This document shows, one piece after another, positions 20,563-31,156 of a stretch of 64,000 nt of DNA. Both the position numbers and the translations under genes were made by a program. The stretch is taken from the IMG/VR virus record IMGVR_UViG_3300030098_005439; one strand, given 5' to 3'. How positions within the stretch are numbered: the stretch's first letter is position 1; each line of letters starts with the position of its first letter. The DNA is from an uncultured virus (IMG/VR IMGVR_UViG_3300030098_005439) (Duplodnaviria; Heunggongvirae; Uroviricota; Caudoviricetes). Under the pieces are notes generated by a model that was not told where the DNA came from, did no database searches, and saw only the letters and a program-made list of their open reading frames with translations.

Positions 20563-21435
20563 TTACTTGTATATCACGTCAACTACAAGGTTGCGGGCAT
20601 CAACATAAACGTGCCTGGTGCCCTTAGTGTCTGGTGCAGGAAGCCTATACAAGCATCGAACCGAAATTTTGTTTTCACCTTCCGTAAGCGAAAAATCATA
20701 ACCAGTGAACGTGATTAGATTTGCAATGATTGAATGATTCATCCTCCTGCATCTGTATCGTCCACCCCCAGTGCCGAAAATCCTCCTCTCCGTGCCGTTT
20801 ACATATCTTGGCCCGTTACCATCCATTCGATCCAGAAAAATAGCAAAGAAAGCGACAAATGTACCCGCCCTTTCCGATCTATAAAAACCCGAAAGCGATT
20901 CCATTTTGTTGCCTTCGCCAGTGGCTCGACCTTCTCTTAAAATTTGACTTCTCGGATCGCCCACCTTCCCACCCTTTTCGTGTGCATGAAAGCTGGCGCA
21001 TACAAAAGCTGTTCTGGGTGTCTCTCCTGGTGGAACGTAAACAGTTGTAGATAAACCCTCGATCGGTTGCCAAGCGTTTACATCGGCGAAACGATCAATA
21101 TCGCTAATATCGGTACCCTGAATGCTACCAATCCCCTCGTGTCGATAGTATCGATTAAGTTTATTGTTACTCCTTGACCTGTAATAAGTGTCAGACGACA
21201 CACCTAAAACATGGGGGCTTGGTGATCCGTAAAATTCGGGCTTAAAAATATGAGATGCTTGTATTACCCCCTTTTTATCCGATGCTCCGTCACCAGTTGC
21301 ACCAATCTTATTCTCGAAATCATTTCGTGAAAATCCCCTGTTCAAATCAAAAGACGTTTGAGAATTTAAAAGCAGTAGTTCACGAGACAGTAAAGTATCG
21401 CCCGTGCTTTTGAAGGGAAAAAATCTGAGTGGCAT
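20563..21435 (-). CDS. Tail-associated protein (paralog family B)
   Basis: N-terminus similar to the two neighbours; L.GENKI.V near C-terminus. Confidence 0.5.
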   Translation of the reverse strand: MPLRFFPFKSTGDTLLSRELLLLNSQTSFDLNRGFSRNDFENKIGATGDGASDKKGVIQASHIFKPEFYGSPSPHVLGVSSDTYYRSRSNNKLNRYYRHEGIGSIQGTDISDIDRFADVNAWQPIEGLSTTVYVPPGETPRTAFVCASFHAHEKGGKVGDPRSQILREGRATGEGNKMESLSGFYRSERAGTFVAFFAIFLDRMDGNGPRYVNGTERRIFGTGGGRYRCRRMNHSIIANLITFTGYDFSLTEGENKISVRCLYRLPAPDTKGTRHVYVDARNLVVDVIYK

Positions 21436-22425
21436 TTATTTCCTCAAAGTAAGACTAGATATTTGAATATTGCTTATTTGAATAGGACGGTAAATAACCC
21501 TACCGCAACCTCTGGAATAATGTTCAAGGTCATATCCAACGTCACCAGAATCGGATTCACCAGGGTATTCTGTACCCAAAAATTCAGGTATATAATACCC
21601 TCCGCCGATACAAAAATGTAATCTACCAAATTGTTTAACACCACCTACTGTTGTCTCTGTAAAAAGAGAACGATCAACTTCATCATAGTTTAAAACAAAC
21701 GCTGCCGAATACGAATATTGTGAGGTAAAACGCATGTTTTGATTTCCAATGACTTCGTAACTTTCGGAGCCCGCAGGCATTCCCAAGCCATCAACCGGCT
21801 CAAAGGTAAAAAGATCAGGTCGGTCATCCTTATTACGATGACCCACCGGACTCGTGTATCCAAAATCAAGCATTTTGGTGCTCATATATATTCCGCCACC
21901 TGAATCGCTTGGAATTTTTGAGGTAAAAACCAAAGAAAAAAGCCCTTTGGTTCCATTGCAATATCTCCAAGTACTTTTGGCATCCGGTGAATCATCAAAT
22001 GTATAAAATAATCCTAATTTAGCAGTAGCTGGTTCACCTGGAAAAAATGTTCGTGCACCATAATCCCACATTTTTATATCGCACGATAATCGAGCAACAA
22101 CCTTTGTTCCATCATCCTTAAATGTTGTACCGGTATCTAAAAGCGATCCTGATACATAATGTTCGTCTGAAATAATAGCTGGATTGAGAGTTATGCCTGC
22201 TTGCGCAGCACCGGGTGCGGGAAAATCTTGAGACGCACTCCGTATTGCACCCCGACTTCGAGCCGCAAAAACAGCGCCCGGTACTTTGTTTTTATTTATA
22301 CCTTCTTCAGCAATATTTTCTGAATCAATTTTGAACTCTCTTATTTGATGATGAAAGTGTTCGTTCCAAACATCAGCATCTAATAGGTCACCAGAAACTA
22401 TATTTGGTAATTTTAATTTACTCAT
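21436..22425 (-). CDS. Tail-associated protein (paralog family B)
   Basis: SGDLLDAD...IDSENI fibre-anchor-like N-terminus. Confidence 0.5.
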   Translation of the reverse strand: MSKLKLPNIVSGDLLDADVWNEHFHHQIREFKIDSENIAEEGINKNKVPGAVFAARSRGAIRSASQDFPAPGAAQAGITLNPAIISDEHYVSGSLLDTGTTFKDDGTKVVARLSCDIKMWDYGARTFFPGEPATAKLGLFYTFDDSPDAKSTWRYCNGTKGLFSLVFTSKIPSDSGGGIYMSTKMLDFGYTSPVGHRNKDDRPDLFTFEPVDGLGMPAGSESYEVIGNQNMRFTSQYSYSAAFVLNYDEVDRSLFTETTVGGVKQFGRLHFCIGGGYYIPEFLGTEYPGESDSGDVGYDLEHYSRGCGRVIYRPIQISNIQISSLTLRK

Positions 22426-23477
22426 TACCTCTTCCTATATTGCACCAAAAGATGTCGATCTAGAATTTCACATTCTATACCTTTATCCAAATCGGTGTGT
22501 TCTTTATCAAACTCCAAATGTTCATCAATATCTTCAAGCTTCAACCCTTGCGCTTCATATTCTGGCAGTGGGGAAGGGTGAACATCAGATGAAATAGTTT
22601 GAAAAGAAAACAGTTCTCCACGTAAGCCCTGATCATCTCTTGCTCCGACACCACATCGGCTGGTTTTGAGTTCAACAGCAGTATACGCACGAACCTCTGC
22701 ATCAACTTTATTTTTACCAGCAGTCAAGGGCACGGCACCGCAAAGGTAGACGGTGTTTTTCCAGTTGCCATTGAACATTGGCCCAGACTCCGCAACCAAA
22801 TTTCCATTGACTACGATTCGAAATTGCACGCAATAAAAATCTACAGGGACATCTGAAAATTGCCCCAAGGGAAAATTCATTTCGATAAAGCCAGAGGCTG
22901 AATGCCCGTCTGTGCCCCGTAAAGGTGTGTCGAACTTACCCCCGTGAGAGTTGGGATTGTGCTGATAATCCCTATATTCGCCACTTACTCCCATCCATCC
23001 ACCTGCGGGAAGTTTCAGATTAGCTAAACCTATTCCGGCCTCTAAATGCTTATCGCCCACTGCATCTTCAGACAGCAAATAGGACATGTGTAAGTCTTTG
23101 GCCATTTCCACATCGGTAATCCCTGTGCCTCGCCAATGAAAACATGCATTAAAATCTATGATTGCCCAACCGTCTGTTTCAGCATCGATTTCTACGCCAG
23201 CAAGTTGATGATTTTCAGCATCGCGTTTTACATATGCGCTTGTGGTGTGTGGGCATTTAAAATATTCAAACGCGCCAGAAAACGGTGGTTGCGAAAAGCT
23301 AAATACCTCATGAAAAGCACCCTCCTTGAAGCTTTGTATGTGAGGAATATCTTTCAAATTATCTGAGTCTATATTTCCATTGCATTCATTAAATATTTGA
23401 CCAATGCTTTCCAGTGTATCATCTGGATTGATCACTTCACCTGATCTAGCAACCTTATTCGGAAACTTAATGGCCAT
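22425..23477 (-). CDS. Tail-associated protein (paralog family B)
   Basis: SGEVINPDD...NGNIDSDNL; LTAGKNKV. Confidence 0.5.
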   Translation of the reverse strand: MAIKFPNKVARSGEVINPDDTLESIGQIFNECNGNIDSDNLKDIPHIQSFKEGAFHEVFSFSQPPFSGAFEYFKCPHTTSAYVKRDAENHQLAGVEIDAETDGWAIIDFNACFHWRGTGITDVEMAKDLHMSYLLSEDAVGDKHLEAGIGLANLKLPAGGWMGVSGEYRDYQHNPNSHGGKFDTPLRGTDGHSASGFIEMNFPLGQFSDVPVDFYCVQFRIVVNGNLVAESGPMFNGNWKNTVYLCGAVPLTAGKNKVDAEVRAYTAVELKTSRCGVGARDDQGLRGELFSFQTISSDVHPSPLPEYEAQGLKLEDIDEHLEFDKEHTDLDKGIECEILDRHLLVQYRKR

Positions 23478-23479
23478 AA

Positions 23480-25717
23480 TTATCTTTTTTCCGATACCAA
23501 AACATCTGTTAATGGTCTAATGTTTCTTTGATCGCCCACCTTGGCATCTACACTGTAACCAACAATCATCATTCTTTGGGTTTCGTCTGTAACGTCCGAG
23601 TCTTGAGTAAATTGAATAGCAAGTTCAGTAGTCAATGATTCGTGCATATGACTTACATCATATCGTATGACAATAGGTCGATGAAATCCCCAACGATCTG
23701 AACCAAACGTAGCTTTATCATACACTGGTAACGGCTCGGTAAGCTGTTGCTGTGTTCTGCCTTTGTTTTTTTCTAATGATACAACTTCGGATCTATTTAT
23801 TTTGAAGTTTACGTCTGTCTCATTGTCCCCATACGCGACGGCGTACAGATTAATATATGCAACTTGAATGCCTGAGTACACGCTGCCGAATGAAAGGGGG
23901 CTAGTTTCGTAAAATGGTAGATCAACTGTACGAGTAAAGTCGAAATCTTTACGATCCGGCCCTTTAGGGCTTGAAGCCCCAAATCCATACTTACTTTTGA
24001 AAAAATTACTAAAGACATTGATACCAGGCTTTTCTGGATCATTGCTACCGAAGTACAAGTACGATCGTGCATCCGTGGTTTCAACAGCACACTGCATTGG
24101 ATAATTTTCTCGAAAACTCCACGCACCAACCTCATAATGCCAAACCAAAAGTAAATTATTGACATTTCCATTGGTCGGAACACACAAGAAATACTCTTTG
24201 TTGGCTCTGTTAATGACGCCTACCGCTGCACGAGCACCCACATAGTCTATTCTTTTCGTAAGATTTTTAATGGGTGTGCTCAATTCTACAATCGAGGTAG
24301 CACTACCCGTGTTCTCAAGGGCACCCTTGAGCACATAAACACCATCTTGTGATAAGAATACGAGGCCGGTTCCTGGTACGTCTTGGATTGATCTGGGTGC
24401 TACACAGCCGATGTCACGGTTCAGCGTCTGAGCGTAAAATCCGTTTCTTGGATCACCTTTAATCAGGTACACTCCGCGTGTTTTGAATACGACTAAAGCA
24501 TTTGTCGAGGCGTACATGCCCGTGATTTGTCCAGAGTCAGAATCTCCAATATCAAACAGGTTGTCTCTGGGGAAAACTTCCGGCATTCCCTCTGCGCTGT
24601 ATTTGATCAAGTTGTTGGGCATTCCCGACACGAACACCGTGTTTTTAAATGAGGTGATAAACTTGGCTTGTGTCGGAAAAAATCCAAAGTCTTCTGGATC
24701 GGTCAATACGCCAAGATTCGAATCACTGATTCCATCCTCAATTGCCGTAGAGTCGTTGTCTTGTACTTCTTTTAAAAAATGGAAATTACGACCAGACTCT
24801 GGAGTGATTGGATTACCGTCATCATCGAAAATATCTCTCGTCCTGTAGAGTCGTCTCGCCACTACATTTTCACCCCCAATGGGGATATTGATTTGAGTAA
24901 ACCTACGCTTACCGTTTGCACACTCAAAACTACAAATGTCGCTTGGATCGGACATCGGGCTTTCTTGGCCCCGGCTGTTAACGAACGTAACCCTGTATTG
25001 ATAAGCACAAAGCTTGCCGTCAACATATTTGGAGCCATCTTTGGCTTCCTTATCGGTGTTCTTCATTTTCTTTTTTACTTTCTGACCGGTCGGACGCAAA
25101 CTACCCAACCCCTGACCTTTTTCACGGGTTCCTAAGAAATAGTACGTGTCATCGCCAAAATCTCCACCTTCATCAACAAATTGATTGTGGTAGGTCCTAT
25201 AAACAACACTGGCATCAGGCTTTGCTGGTTTTTCGAAAAAGCCTGCCCTCGTCACGACTCTGCCGTCATAAACGATTGGAGCATCAATACCATTTACCAA
25301 ATACAAACGACCACCAAAAGTAATGCTCTGAGTGCTTACTTCAGATGTTGGTGGCACGTATCTTGGGTTTCCATCTGGGCCTATCTCAACACCGTTTATG
25401 TCTTTTAAAACAACAATCGGACCAGCATCTGTACCAATCCTGTTGGTTTTAAGTGTTGCTAACCGCCCTTTGGAGTCTTCGAATATAACGTCTCTGGTTT
25501 TCCCATTGTGTCTGGAAAAATAGTGAATCGAGTGGATCGTGCCAGAACCAAACCAATCGTATCCATCGTAAGTGATGCAGTCATAGGCTCCAGCAGTTTT
25601 CCATCCATCGTAATTGTCCCAAGACATCTCTTTGATTACAGCCGCAGAGTCAGCCGAAACTCTCCACCGATTGTCTATGCCTCGTAAGCGGGCAACTTCA
25701 AATGTTTGGGTTTTCAT
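23480..25717 (-). CDS. Tail nozzle / stabilisation protein (P22 gp10 / tubular B-like)
   Basis: 745 aa beta-propeller-like; LVVFK..GVY, IGCVAP.SI and FLSQDGVY motifs; follows adaptor. Confidence 0.7.
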   Translation of the reverse strand: MKTQTFEVARLRGIDNRWRVSADSAAVIKEMSWDNYDGWKTAGAYDCITYDGYDWFGSGTIHSIHYFSRHNGKTRDVIFEDSKGRLATLKTNRIGTDAGPIVVLKDINGVEIGPDGNPRYVPPTSEVSTQSITFGGRLYLVNGIDAPIVYDGRVVTRAGFFEKPAKPDASVVYRTYHNQFVDEGGDFGDDTYYFLGTREKGQGLGSLRPTGQKVKKKMKNTDKEAKDGSKYVDGKLCAYQYRVTFVNSRGQESPMSDPSDICSFECANGKRRFTQINIPIGGENVVARRLYRTRDIFDDDGNPITPESGRNFHFLKEVQDNDSTAIEDGISDSNLGVLTDPEDFGFFPTQAKFITSFKNTVFVSGMPNNLIKYSAEGMPEVFPRDNLFDIGDSDSGQITGMYASTNALVVFKTRGVYLIKGDPRNGFYAQTLNRDIGCVAPRSIQDVPGTGLVFLSQDGVYVLKGALENTGSATSIVELSTPIKNLTKRIDYVGARAAVGVINRANKEYFLCVPTNGNVNNLLLVWHYEVGAWSFRENYPMQCAVETTDARSYLYFGSNDPEKPGINVFSNFFKSKYGFGASSPKGPDRKDFDFTRTVDLPFYETSPLSFGSVYSGIQVAYINLYAVAYGDNETDVNFKINRSEVVSLEKNKGRTQQQLTEPLPVYDKATFGSDRWGFHRPIVIRYDVSHMHESLTTELAIQFTQDSDVTDETQRMMIVGYSVDAKVGDQRNIRPLTDVLVSEKR

Positions 25718-25720
25718 AGT

Positions 25721-27247
25721 TTACTCGGCCTTGCTTGGTATTCCGAAACGTTCCCGATCCGCCATAGCGCGATCGAACCCTCTTCGTACATACATTCTAT
25801 CGGTTCGACTCAAATATTTAGCCTTCATAGCTTCGAGCATTTCATCTGCACGACGTTCATACAACGAACTATGGTTGAGCATACCATGCTGCATGCAAAT
25901 GTCTCTGAGAGCCGCATATACAAGGTAGTGATGATATTGCGGTGGCCACTCTGGTGCATCAGAATCTTTTACGAGCCTATAGGGTCGCTTGTGATATCTC
26001 ACCTCAACCACGTAATCGCTTTTCGGGGTGTTCCAAAAACGAAGATACTGACGTGGTCCTGATTCGTTTAATCTATCGAGGCGGAAGGTGTCTCCAGCCG
26101 GGTCAATGAAAGAGTCGCCAGGGTCTCCACTGTCTAAAGGATCTTCTGCTGTCGTATCACCAATAATTTCTCTGCCCTTATCGACATATTCGGTCTCAAG
26201 TGAGGCAAGTGTTGCGATATGTCTCCAGGCTCCAGCACCCATAACGTAATCAACAGCAGACGGGTGAGACAAGTATTCATCGCTAAAGACAATTCTACGG
26301 TACAACTTTTTCATTCTACCGTTATTGTCGGTGCTGCCCAAAGCATGCGACACTGTTCGCATAATTCGACGAAGAATGACTATAGGGCCTGAAGTGCCAT
26401 CACCCTCGATTCTTATATCAGTAGGTGAAAAATTTTTCAGATTAATTTGGCTCGGGTCTAAATCAACAGCAAGAACCTCAGACGGTGGGCCCTCCATTCC
26501 GGCATAGATGAATGTATAGCAATACTCGATTCGATATGGAGCAATAACCCTCGGAAGAAATCCGCCCTCTTTTATCACATTGAAAATTGTTGGAGGATAA
26601 TCAGGCGACTGAATATTATCGTGCATTTCTTCAACAGAAACAAAAGGGTTCCCGGTATCGGATCGATCGAGATACAAGTTTTCTTCTTTTCTTGCATCCA
26701 AAAACATGAACCGGCCTTCATTTGGGGCGGTCATTGTGGTTGTGGTGGAGTCGCTTCCAAAACTCAAAGTTTCTTTTGTAGTGATGCCGCGATCCATGAT
26801 GCCCAAAACCTCGATGCAATCACGGGGCATTGGGTATTTTACAAATTCAATTTTCCAAGTAGTAAGTTCGCCCGATGGAAAAATATCGTCGACCAAAAAT
26901 CTACGTGAATCAATAAACGCTGTGATTTGATATGTGGAACCATCGTCAGTATTTACGAGCGTCTTGCCCACAATATCAGGCGGTAAATTGATAACTCCAG
27001 CACCGGTAGTGGTTGGCAATGTGACCAAGTGTGTACCATCACCCGTTAGTTTATTGGTGCTGTCTCCGGTGATATCTGCGCGAAGCTGCAACAGTTTGCG
27101 ATTTTGCATAAACAGCCACTGATACTGGCTCGATATCTGAAGGTAGTGACGGTTCACTACACGAGCAATGTTGTCGCTGTATTGCTTCAAATCAGGGTTG
27201 TAGTCCAACGCGGAATTGATTTCTTCGCGGATTTCTTTGAGATTCAC
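25721..27247 (-). CDS. Head-tail adaptor (tubular A-like) with insertions
   Basis: MNLKEIREEI N-terminus; D.P..P..YHHYLVYAAL C-terminus. Confidence 0.65.
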   Translation of the reverse strand: MNLKEIREEINSALDYNPDLKQYSDNIARVVNRHYLQISSQYQWLFMQNRKLLQLRADITGDSTNKLTGDGTHLVTLPTTTGAGVINLPPDIVGKTLVNTDDGSTYQITAFIDSRRFLVDDIFPSGELTTWKIEFVKYPMPRDCIEVLGIMDRGITTKETLSFGSDSTTTTMTAPNEGRFMFLDARKEENLYLDRSDTGNPFVSVEEMHDNIQSPDYPPTIFNVIKEGGFLPRVIAPYRIEYCYTFIYAGMEGPPSEVLAVDLDPSQINLKNFSPTDIRIEGDGTSGPIVILRRIMRTVSHALGSTDNNGRMKKLYRRIVFSDEYLSHPSAVDYVMGAGAWRHIATLASLETEYVDKGREIIGDTTAEDPLDSGDPGDSFIDPAGDTFRLDRLNESGPRQYLRFWNTPKSDYVVEVRYHKRPYRLVKDSDAPEWPPQYHHYLVYAALRDICMQHGMLNHSSLYERRADEMLEAMKAKYLSRTDRMYVRRGFDRAMADRERFGIPSKAE

Positions 27248-27258
27248 GTCAGGCTCCA

Positions 27259-27301
27259 GAAAAAGAAAACGGCTGCTGAAGTAGTATACCCCAGCAGCCG
27301 T
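27259..27301 (-). terminator. Rho-independent terminator after the capsid genes
   Basis: ACGGCTGCTG/CAGCAGCCGT stem followed by a T-rich tract on the minus strand. Confidence 0.8.
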
Positions 27302-27332
27302 GAATGGACCGAGGTCCGGTAGCGATTATGGC

Positions 27333-27779
27333 TTAGAAGTAGCCTTGATCGATGATCAGAACATCACCCAAGTTTCCTGAAGGCGCTTCGAGCGCGAGTC
27401 CACATGGACCAGGCAGATCACTATTTGCCATTTTTACGGCTTGACCTGCTGAAGTATCGTCCACAACAAGCGCGTCTCCAGCAGCAACGGCATTTGCTAC
27501 GCTTGCATCTACAAACTTTCCAGCAGTTTGAATTTGGAGATTTCCAGCGGCGGTCTTTGTTTCAGTAGCAACACCAATAACTGCCATGTTTCCATTTGCT
27601 ACAGCATCAGCTTTGGTCACAGATGCACCGAGACCATTTTCAGCATAGCCTGTGACTCCAGTATCGGTTTCAATTTGAACCCAATCACCCTTGGTAACTG
27701 CACCAGTGCAGTACAAAGTTACAAACTTCTTTGGAAAATTGTTGTCGCCGTCGACACCATCTACTTTATGAATTGCCAT
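27333..27779 (-). CDS. Capsid cement/decoration protein
   Basis: Directly after MCP; IGVATE, VAAGDAL, GLALE motifs; GGAGG RBS. Confidence 0.7.
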   Translation of the reverse strand: MAIHKVDGVDGDNNFPKKFVTLYCTGAVTKGDWVQIETDTGVTGYAENGLGASVTKADAVANGNMAVIGVATETKTAAGNLQIQTAGKFVDASVANAVAAGDALVVDDTSAGQAVKMANSDLPGPCGLALEAPSGNLGDVLIIDQGYF

Positions 27780-27810
27780 GTTGTCCTCCCTCTTTTGACT
27801 AAATGGCTAT

Positions 27811-27843
27811 GAAATAGGGTGGGGATCAACACGACCCCCACCC
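27811..27843 (-). terminator. Hairpin after MCP (weak terminator or stabiliser)
   Basis: GGGTGGGG/CCCCACCC stem followed by TATTTC. Confidence 0.55.
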
Positions 27844-27855
27844 AATCAAGATGAC

Positions 27856-28914
27856 TTAGAATGTTTCCAAGTCGAATGCTACACCGCTGGAACCAAGGTG
27901 CTTGGCGATCAGTTGACCACGGCACCGAAGCTTGGCAGCACGAACATCGTACTCACCCGACACAGTCTCGAAGTCCGAGAGGTCGAAGTAACCTTGTGGA
28001 TCCCACAGGGTGTAGATGTCGTTCATGTTCAGCAAGTAGAAGCTGATAGGATCAGCAGTAGAACCAGGGGTTCCGCCAGCGTTAGGCATGTTGTACTCAA
28101 CGTTGATTGGAATACCTTGGAAGGTTTCAACCATGCGTCCACCGTCAATCTGTGCTTGATCAACGTACCGCTCGTGAGCCTGAAGAGCACGCTTCAGGTT
28201 CTTGAATCCAGCGCGAGAAGCAAGAATGACGTTGGGCTTGCCAGAAGGCGACACAGCATCGATTTCAACCAACAGGTCATAAAGACCCGCGAGGCCGTTA
28301 GCGTTGAAAGATCCAGCGCCATCGAAGCGTTGGTTCTGCCAACCAGTCTTACCGCTGTAGGTAGACTTGCTTACGTTACCAACAGTGTTGCCTTGAGAGC
28401 CAACAGCTTCAGGCTCAAGGAAACCTTGGTGGTCACCAGTGGTTACGTCGAACCCGTTAAGCGTGTTCCAGTCTTCCCAACCGGTTTGGCTACCCTTAAC
28501 GATTTGCTTAACGTACTCACGCTTGAGAGCGTTAGCGGTCATGAGGACACGGCTTTCAAGAATTGAAAGGATTGCGGCATCGCCTGAGTTGACCATTTCT
28601 TCTTCAGAAGAGATAGCGACTGGACGCACAACGTGACCAAAATCGTATTGTGCAGGTTGGAACACATCTTCGACACTAAGGTCAATGCGCTCAAAACCAG
28701 TTTGCATACGAGTAGTTGAAGAGTGCTCACCGAAGCCGAGAGGCACAACGATCCGAGATCCACCGGCTTGCACTGGCTTTCCAGCACCGTGAACACGTTC
28801 TTGTGCATCAAGGAAGGCTACGGATTCGTGAACGTTGTCACGAAAGTCCTTCATCAGGATATGCATGGTTGTGGAAAGCAGTTCGTTTCCAATGGTAAGG
28901 TCGGTGGTTGCCAT
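27856..28914 (-). CDS. Major capsid protein
   Basis: 352 aa, between scaffold and cement genes; strong codon bias; GG.RI..PL, F.GIPI and YLLN motifs of HK97-fold podovirus MCPs. Confidence 0.85.
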   Translation of the reverse strand: MATTDLTIGNELLSTTMHILMKDFRDNVHESVAFLDAQERVHGAGKPVQAGGSRIVVPLGFGEHSSTTRMQTGFERIDLSVEDVFQPAQYDFGHVVRPVAISSEEEMVNSGDAAILSILESRVLMTANALKREYVKQIVKGSQTGWEDWNTLNGFDVTTGDHQGFLEPEAVGSQGNTVGNVSKSTYSGKTGWQNQRFDGAGSFNANGLAGLYDLLVEIDAVSPSGKPNVILASRAGFKNLKRALQAHERYVDQAQIDGGRMVETFQGIPINVEYNMPNAGGTPGSTADPISFYLLNMNDIYTLWDPQGYFDLSDFETVSGEYDVRAAKLRCRGQLIAKHLGSSGVAFDLETF

Positions 28915-28926
28915 TTTTGGCTCCTA

Positions 28927-29889
28927 TTAGCGGTTATTTAGAAAGGCTTTTGCAGCTTCGGGGTTTGACTGGAGCCAAGCAGCAATCGAAGCTGCACCTT
29001 GCTTCTTGACATCAGGGGGAATTTCGGCGACACCAGGAGAGCCGCTCACAGAACTACGCTGTACTTGTCGCGCAGCTTGGGCACGGGCTCTCCGTTGTGT
29101 TTCTTTTCTCTTACGCTCTTCAGCAATCATATTCCGAGCAACGACAAGATCGTATGCATCTTGAGTAGATAGAGGCGCATCAGTATTTTGACGACTTGCA
29201 ACCAACTCAGCAACCTGAGTTTTGAAGGCATCATCTTTCATTTCAGGGTGTGCTTCAAGAAAGTCAAGGTAACGACTCTTCTGGCGCTGTTCTTCCGATA
29301 CCTGCTGCATCGGAGAAAACACGTTTGAAACAGCCTCTGCAATTCCACGATTGATATGAGCCTGAATACCCTCTTCAGACATGATGTCAGGCAACTCACC
29401 TTCAGGTGTTTTCAACGCTTCTTTGATCCGTGGGTCATCAATAACAGATGCAAACTCAGCTTGTCGACGAGCAAAATCACGCTCTAAACTTTGAATTTGT
29501 TGTTCACGCTTTTGATATTGCTCAACTCTCTTTTGATGAGATGAGTCTAAATCTGTTTTGTGATTTTTGTATGCAACTCTGAAATTGTGAAGCATACGTC
29601 GAGCAACGGTCGGAAGGTCTTTTATGTCTTGTTCATTGATGTTTTCGTAAAAAGCATCAGTGCTCAATTCTTTGTCATCTATATCGGAAAACAAAGGATC
29701 AAAAGAACGCTCTGTAACTACGGGCGCTGGCTCACTTGAAAATGTTGCATCTTGATTAGAATCGAAATTCTCAGGAGCACTTACATTTTGCTCTGAATCG
29801 ATTTCATCAAGCAAACCTGTAGAACCAGCCGGGACATCATCATTTACCGGTAAATCATTCTCATTATTTTCAATCATTTCGTCTGACAC
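28927..29889 (-). CDS. Capsid scaffolding protein
   Basis: Acidic N-terminus, coiled coil, immediately upstream of MCP; GTG start with AAGGAG. Confidence 0.7.
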   Translation of the reverse strand: MSDEMIENNENDLPVNDDVPAGSTGLLDEIDSEQNVSAPENFDSNQDATFSSEPAPVVTERSFDPLFSDIDDKELSTDAFYENINEQDIKDLPTVARRMLHNFRVAYKNHKTDLDSSHQKRVEQYQKREQQIQSLERDFARRQAEFASVIDDPRIKEALKTPEGELPDIMSEEGIQAHINRGIAEAVSNVFSPMQQVSEEQRQKSRYLDFLEAHPEMKDDAFKTQVAELVASRQNTDAPLSTQDAYDLVVARNMIAEERKRKETQRRARAQAARQVQRSSVSGSPGVAEIPPDVKKQGAASIAAWLQSNPEAAKAFLNNR

Positions 29890-29911
29890 AAAAATCTCCT
29901 TTCGGTTTAAA

Positions 29912-29941
29912 ATCTAACATTTTTTAAAATACTTTCGCAAC
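29912..29941 (-). promoter_or_regulatory. Possible sigma70-type promoter for scaffold/MCP
   Basis: Minus strand TTGCGA-N18-TAGATT with extended TG. Confidence 0.45.
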
Positions 29942-29953
29942 AATGCAACTTTA

Positions 29954-30550
29954 TTACTGCATTGCTGCCGCAAGTGTTTCGTCTTGAGCGCCCATATCGT
30001 CGGGTGGAGGCGCCATATCGCCGCCTTCATCTGCTGCTGCCATTTCAGCTTCAGGTCCACCTTCTTGGAGTTCCTTCACAGCTTCGATGAATTTTTTGTC
30101 TTTTGCCATCATTTTCAACAAAGCGGTAACCTTACGAAGATCGGTATCCGTCACAATAGTAAAAGGATCGAATCCAAGTTTCGACTCAAATTCTCCACCA
30201 CCAACCATTTTGATCAATTCAGAAATAGCGACCAGTGGAAGGAACAAATCACCAGGAATCGGTTGATCCATTTTGCCTTTTTCAGCGCCTTCAAAATCGA
30301 TTTCAATCTTTGGCATATCTACCGCTGAAATCTTGGAAAGCGTTTGATTGAACGTATCCAAAAGAGTCTTGAGCGCTTTCACTGTAAACGGCTTTGTGGG
30401 TGCCGGTGCAGATTGAGCCAACTGCTGCAGTTGTGCCTCTGAATCGTCCATAGTTTCCTGTGGAGCGGCTTCAGCGGCAGGTGGAGCAGCCTCTGGTGGC
30501 ATGGCTGCTTGATCTTCAGCCATTGGTTGACCTTTTTCGTATCCGTACAT
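29954..30550 (-). CDS. Hypothetical acidic head-associated protein
   Basis: AGGAG RBS; carries EKGQP and C-terminal DETLAAAM motifs. Confidence 0.65.
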   Translation of the reverse strand: MYGYEKGQPMAEDQAAMPPEAAPPAAEAAPQETMDDSEAQLQQLAQSAPAPTKPFTVKALKTLLDTFNQTLSKISAVDMPKIEIDFEGAEKGKMDQPIPGDLFLPLVAISELIKMVGGGEFESKLGFDPFTIVTDTDLRKVTALLKMMAKDKKFIEAVKELQEGGPEAEMAAADEGGDMAPPPDDMGAQDETLAAAMQ

Positions 30551-30559
30551 GACAAACTC

Positions 30560-31156
30560 CTAAATGATGCCTTTGTCTCTTTCGATTCTAAATTGTTTAA
30601 ATGCTGGATGGTTCTCTAACCGATCACAATAATCATCGTACTCTTTTACTTCTTTTTCCATCCTTGTGTCCCATTTACTATATTCTTTTTCTACGTCCCA
30701 GTCACCATCTACAGGCGTCAACCCGCGCTGCTTACATATATCTCGACGATGTTGCTTACTTGTCAACATTACACCAAGACCGCGATCATAGTATGGAAAT
30801 TGTTCACTAAATCTATCTATTCTCGCCATTGGAACCCATTTTGAGTTTTTCGATTTACACTTTGGACATTCGCGCGAATCTTCAAAATGTTCTCCAGCGC
30901 TAAAATCTGTCAAATCATCGAACTGGTGATCACAGTCTTTACACATGTATAAATGCATGACGAGGCCGGTCATCTTCCTAGATTTAGCAGGTGCCTGATT
31001 GTGGGGGTCATTTGATTGAGCAACCGATACCCTAAAAACACGCTTAGAATCTTGCCCGCAAGCAGAGCAGCCTATGAAGTCTGGACGATCGGAGAATCTA
31101 CACGTGTGATCTTGTTCGTGCCCGCAGTCATCACATTTATAACTATAGACTGGCAC
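30560..31156 (-). CDS. Double FmdB-type zinc-ribbon protein
   Basis: GTG start gives MPVYSYKCDDCGH...CSACG; second ribbon CKDC...CPKC. Confidence 0.75.
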   Translation of the reverse strand: MPVYSYKCDDCGHEQDHTCRFSDRPDFIGCSACGQDSKRVFRVSVAQSNDPHNQAPAKSRKMTGLVMHLYMCKDCDHQFDDLTDFSAGEHFEDSRECPKCKSKNSKWVPMARIDRFSEQFPYYDRGLGVMLTSKQHRRDICKQRGLTPVDGDWDVEKEYSKWDTRMEKEVKEYDDYCDRLENHPAFKQFRIERDKGII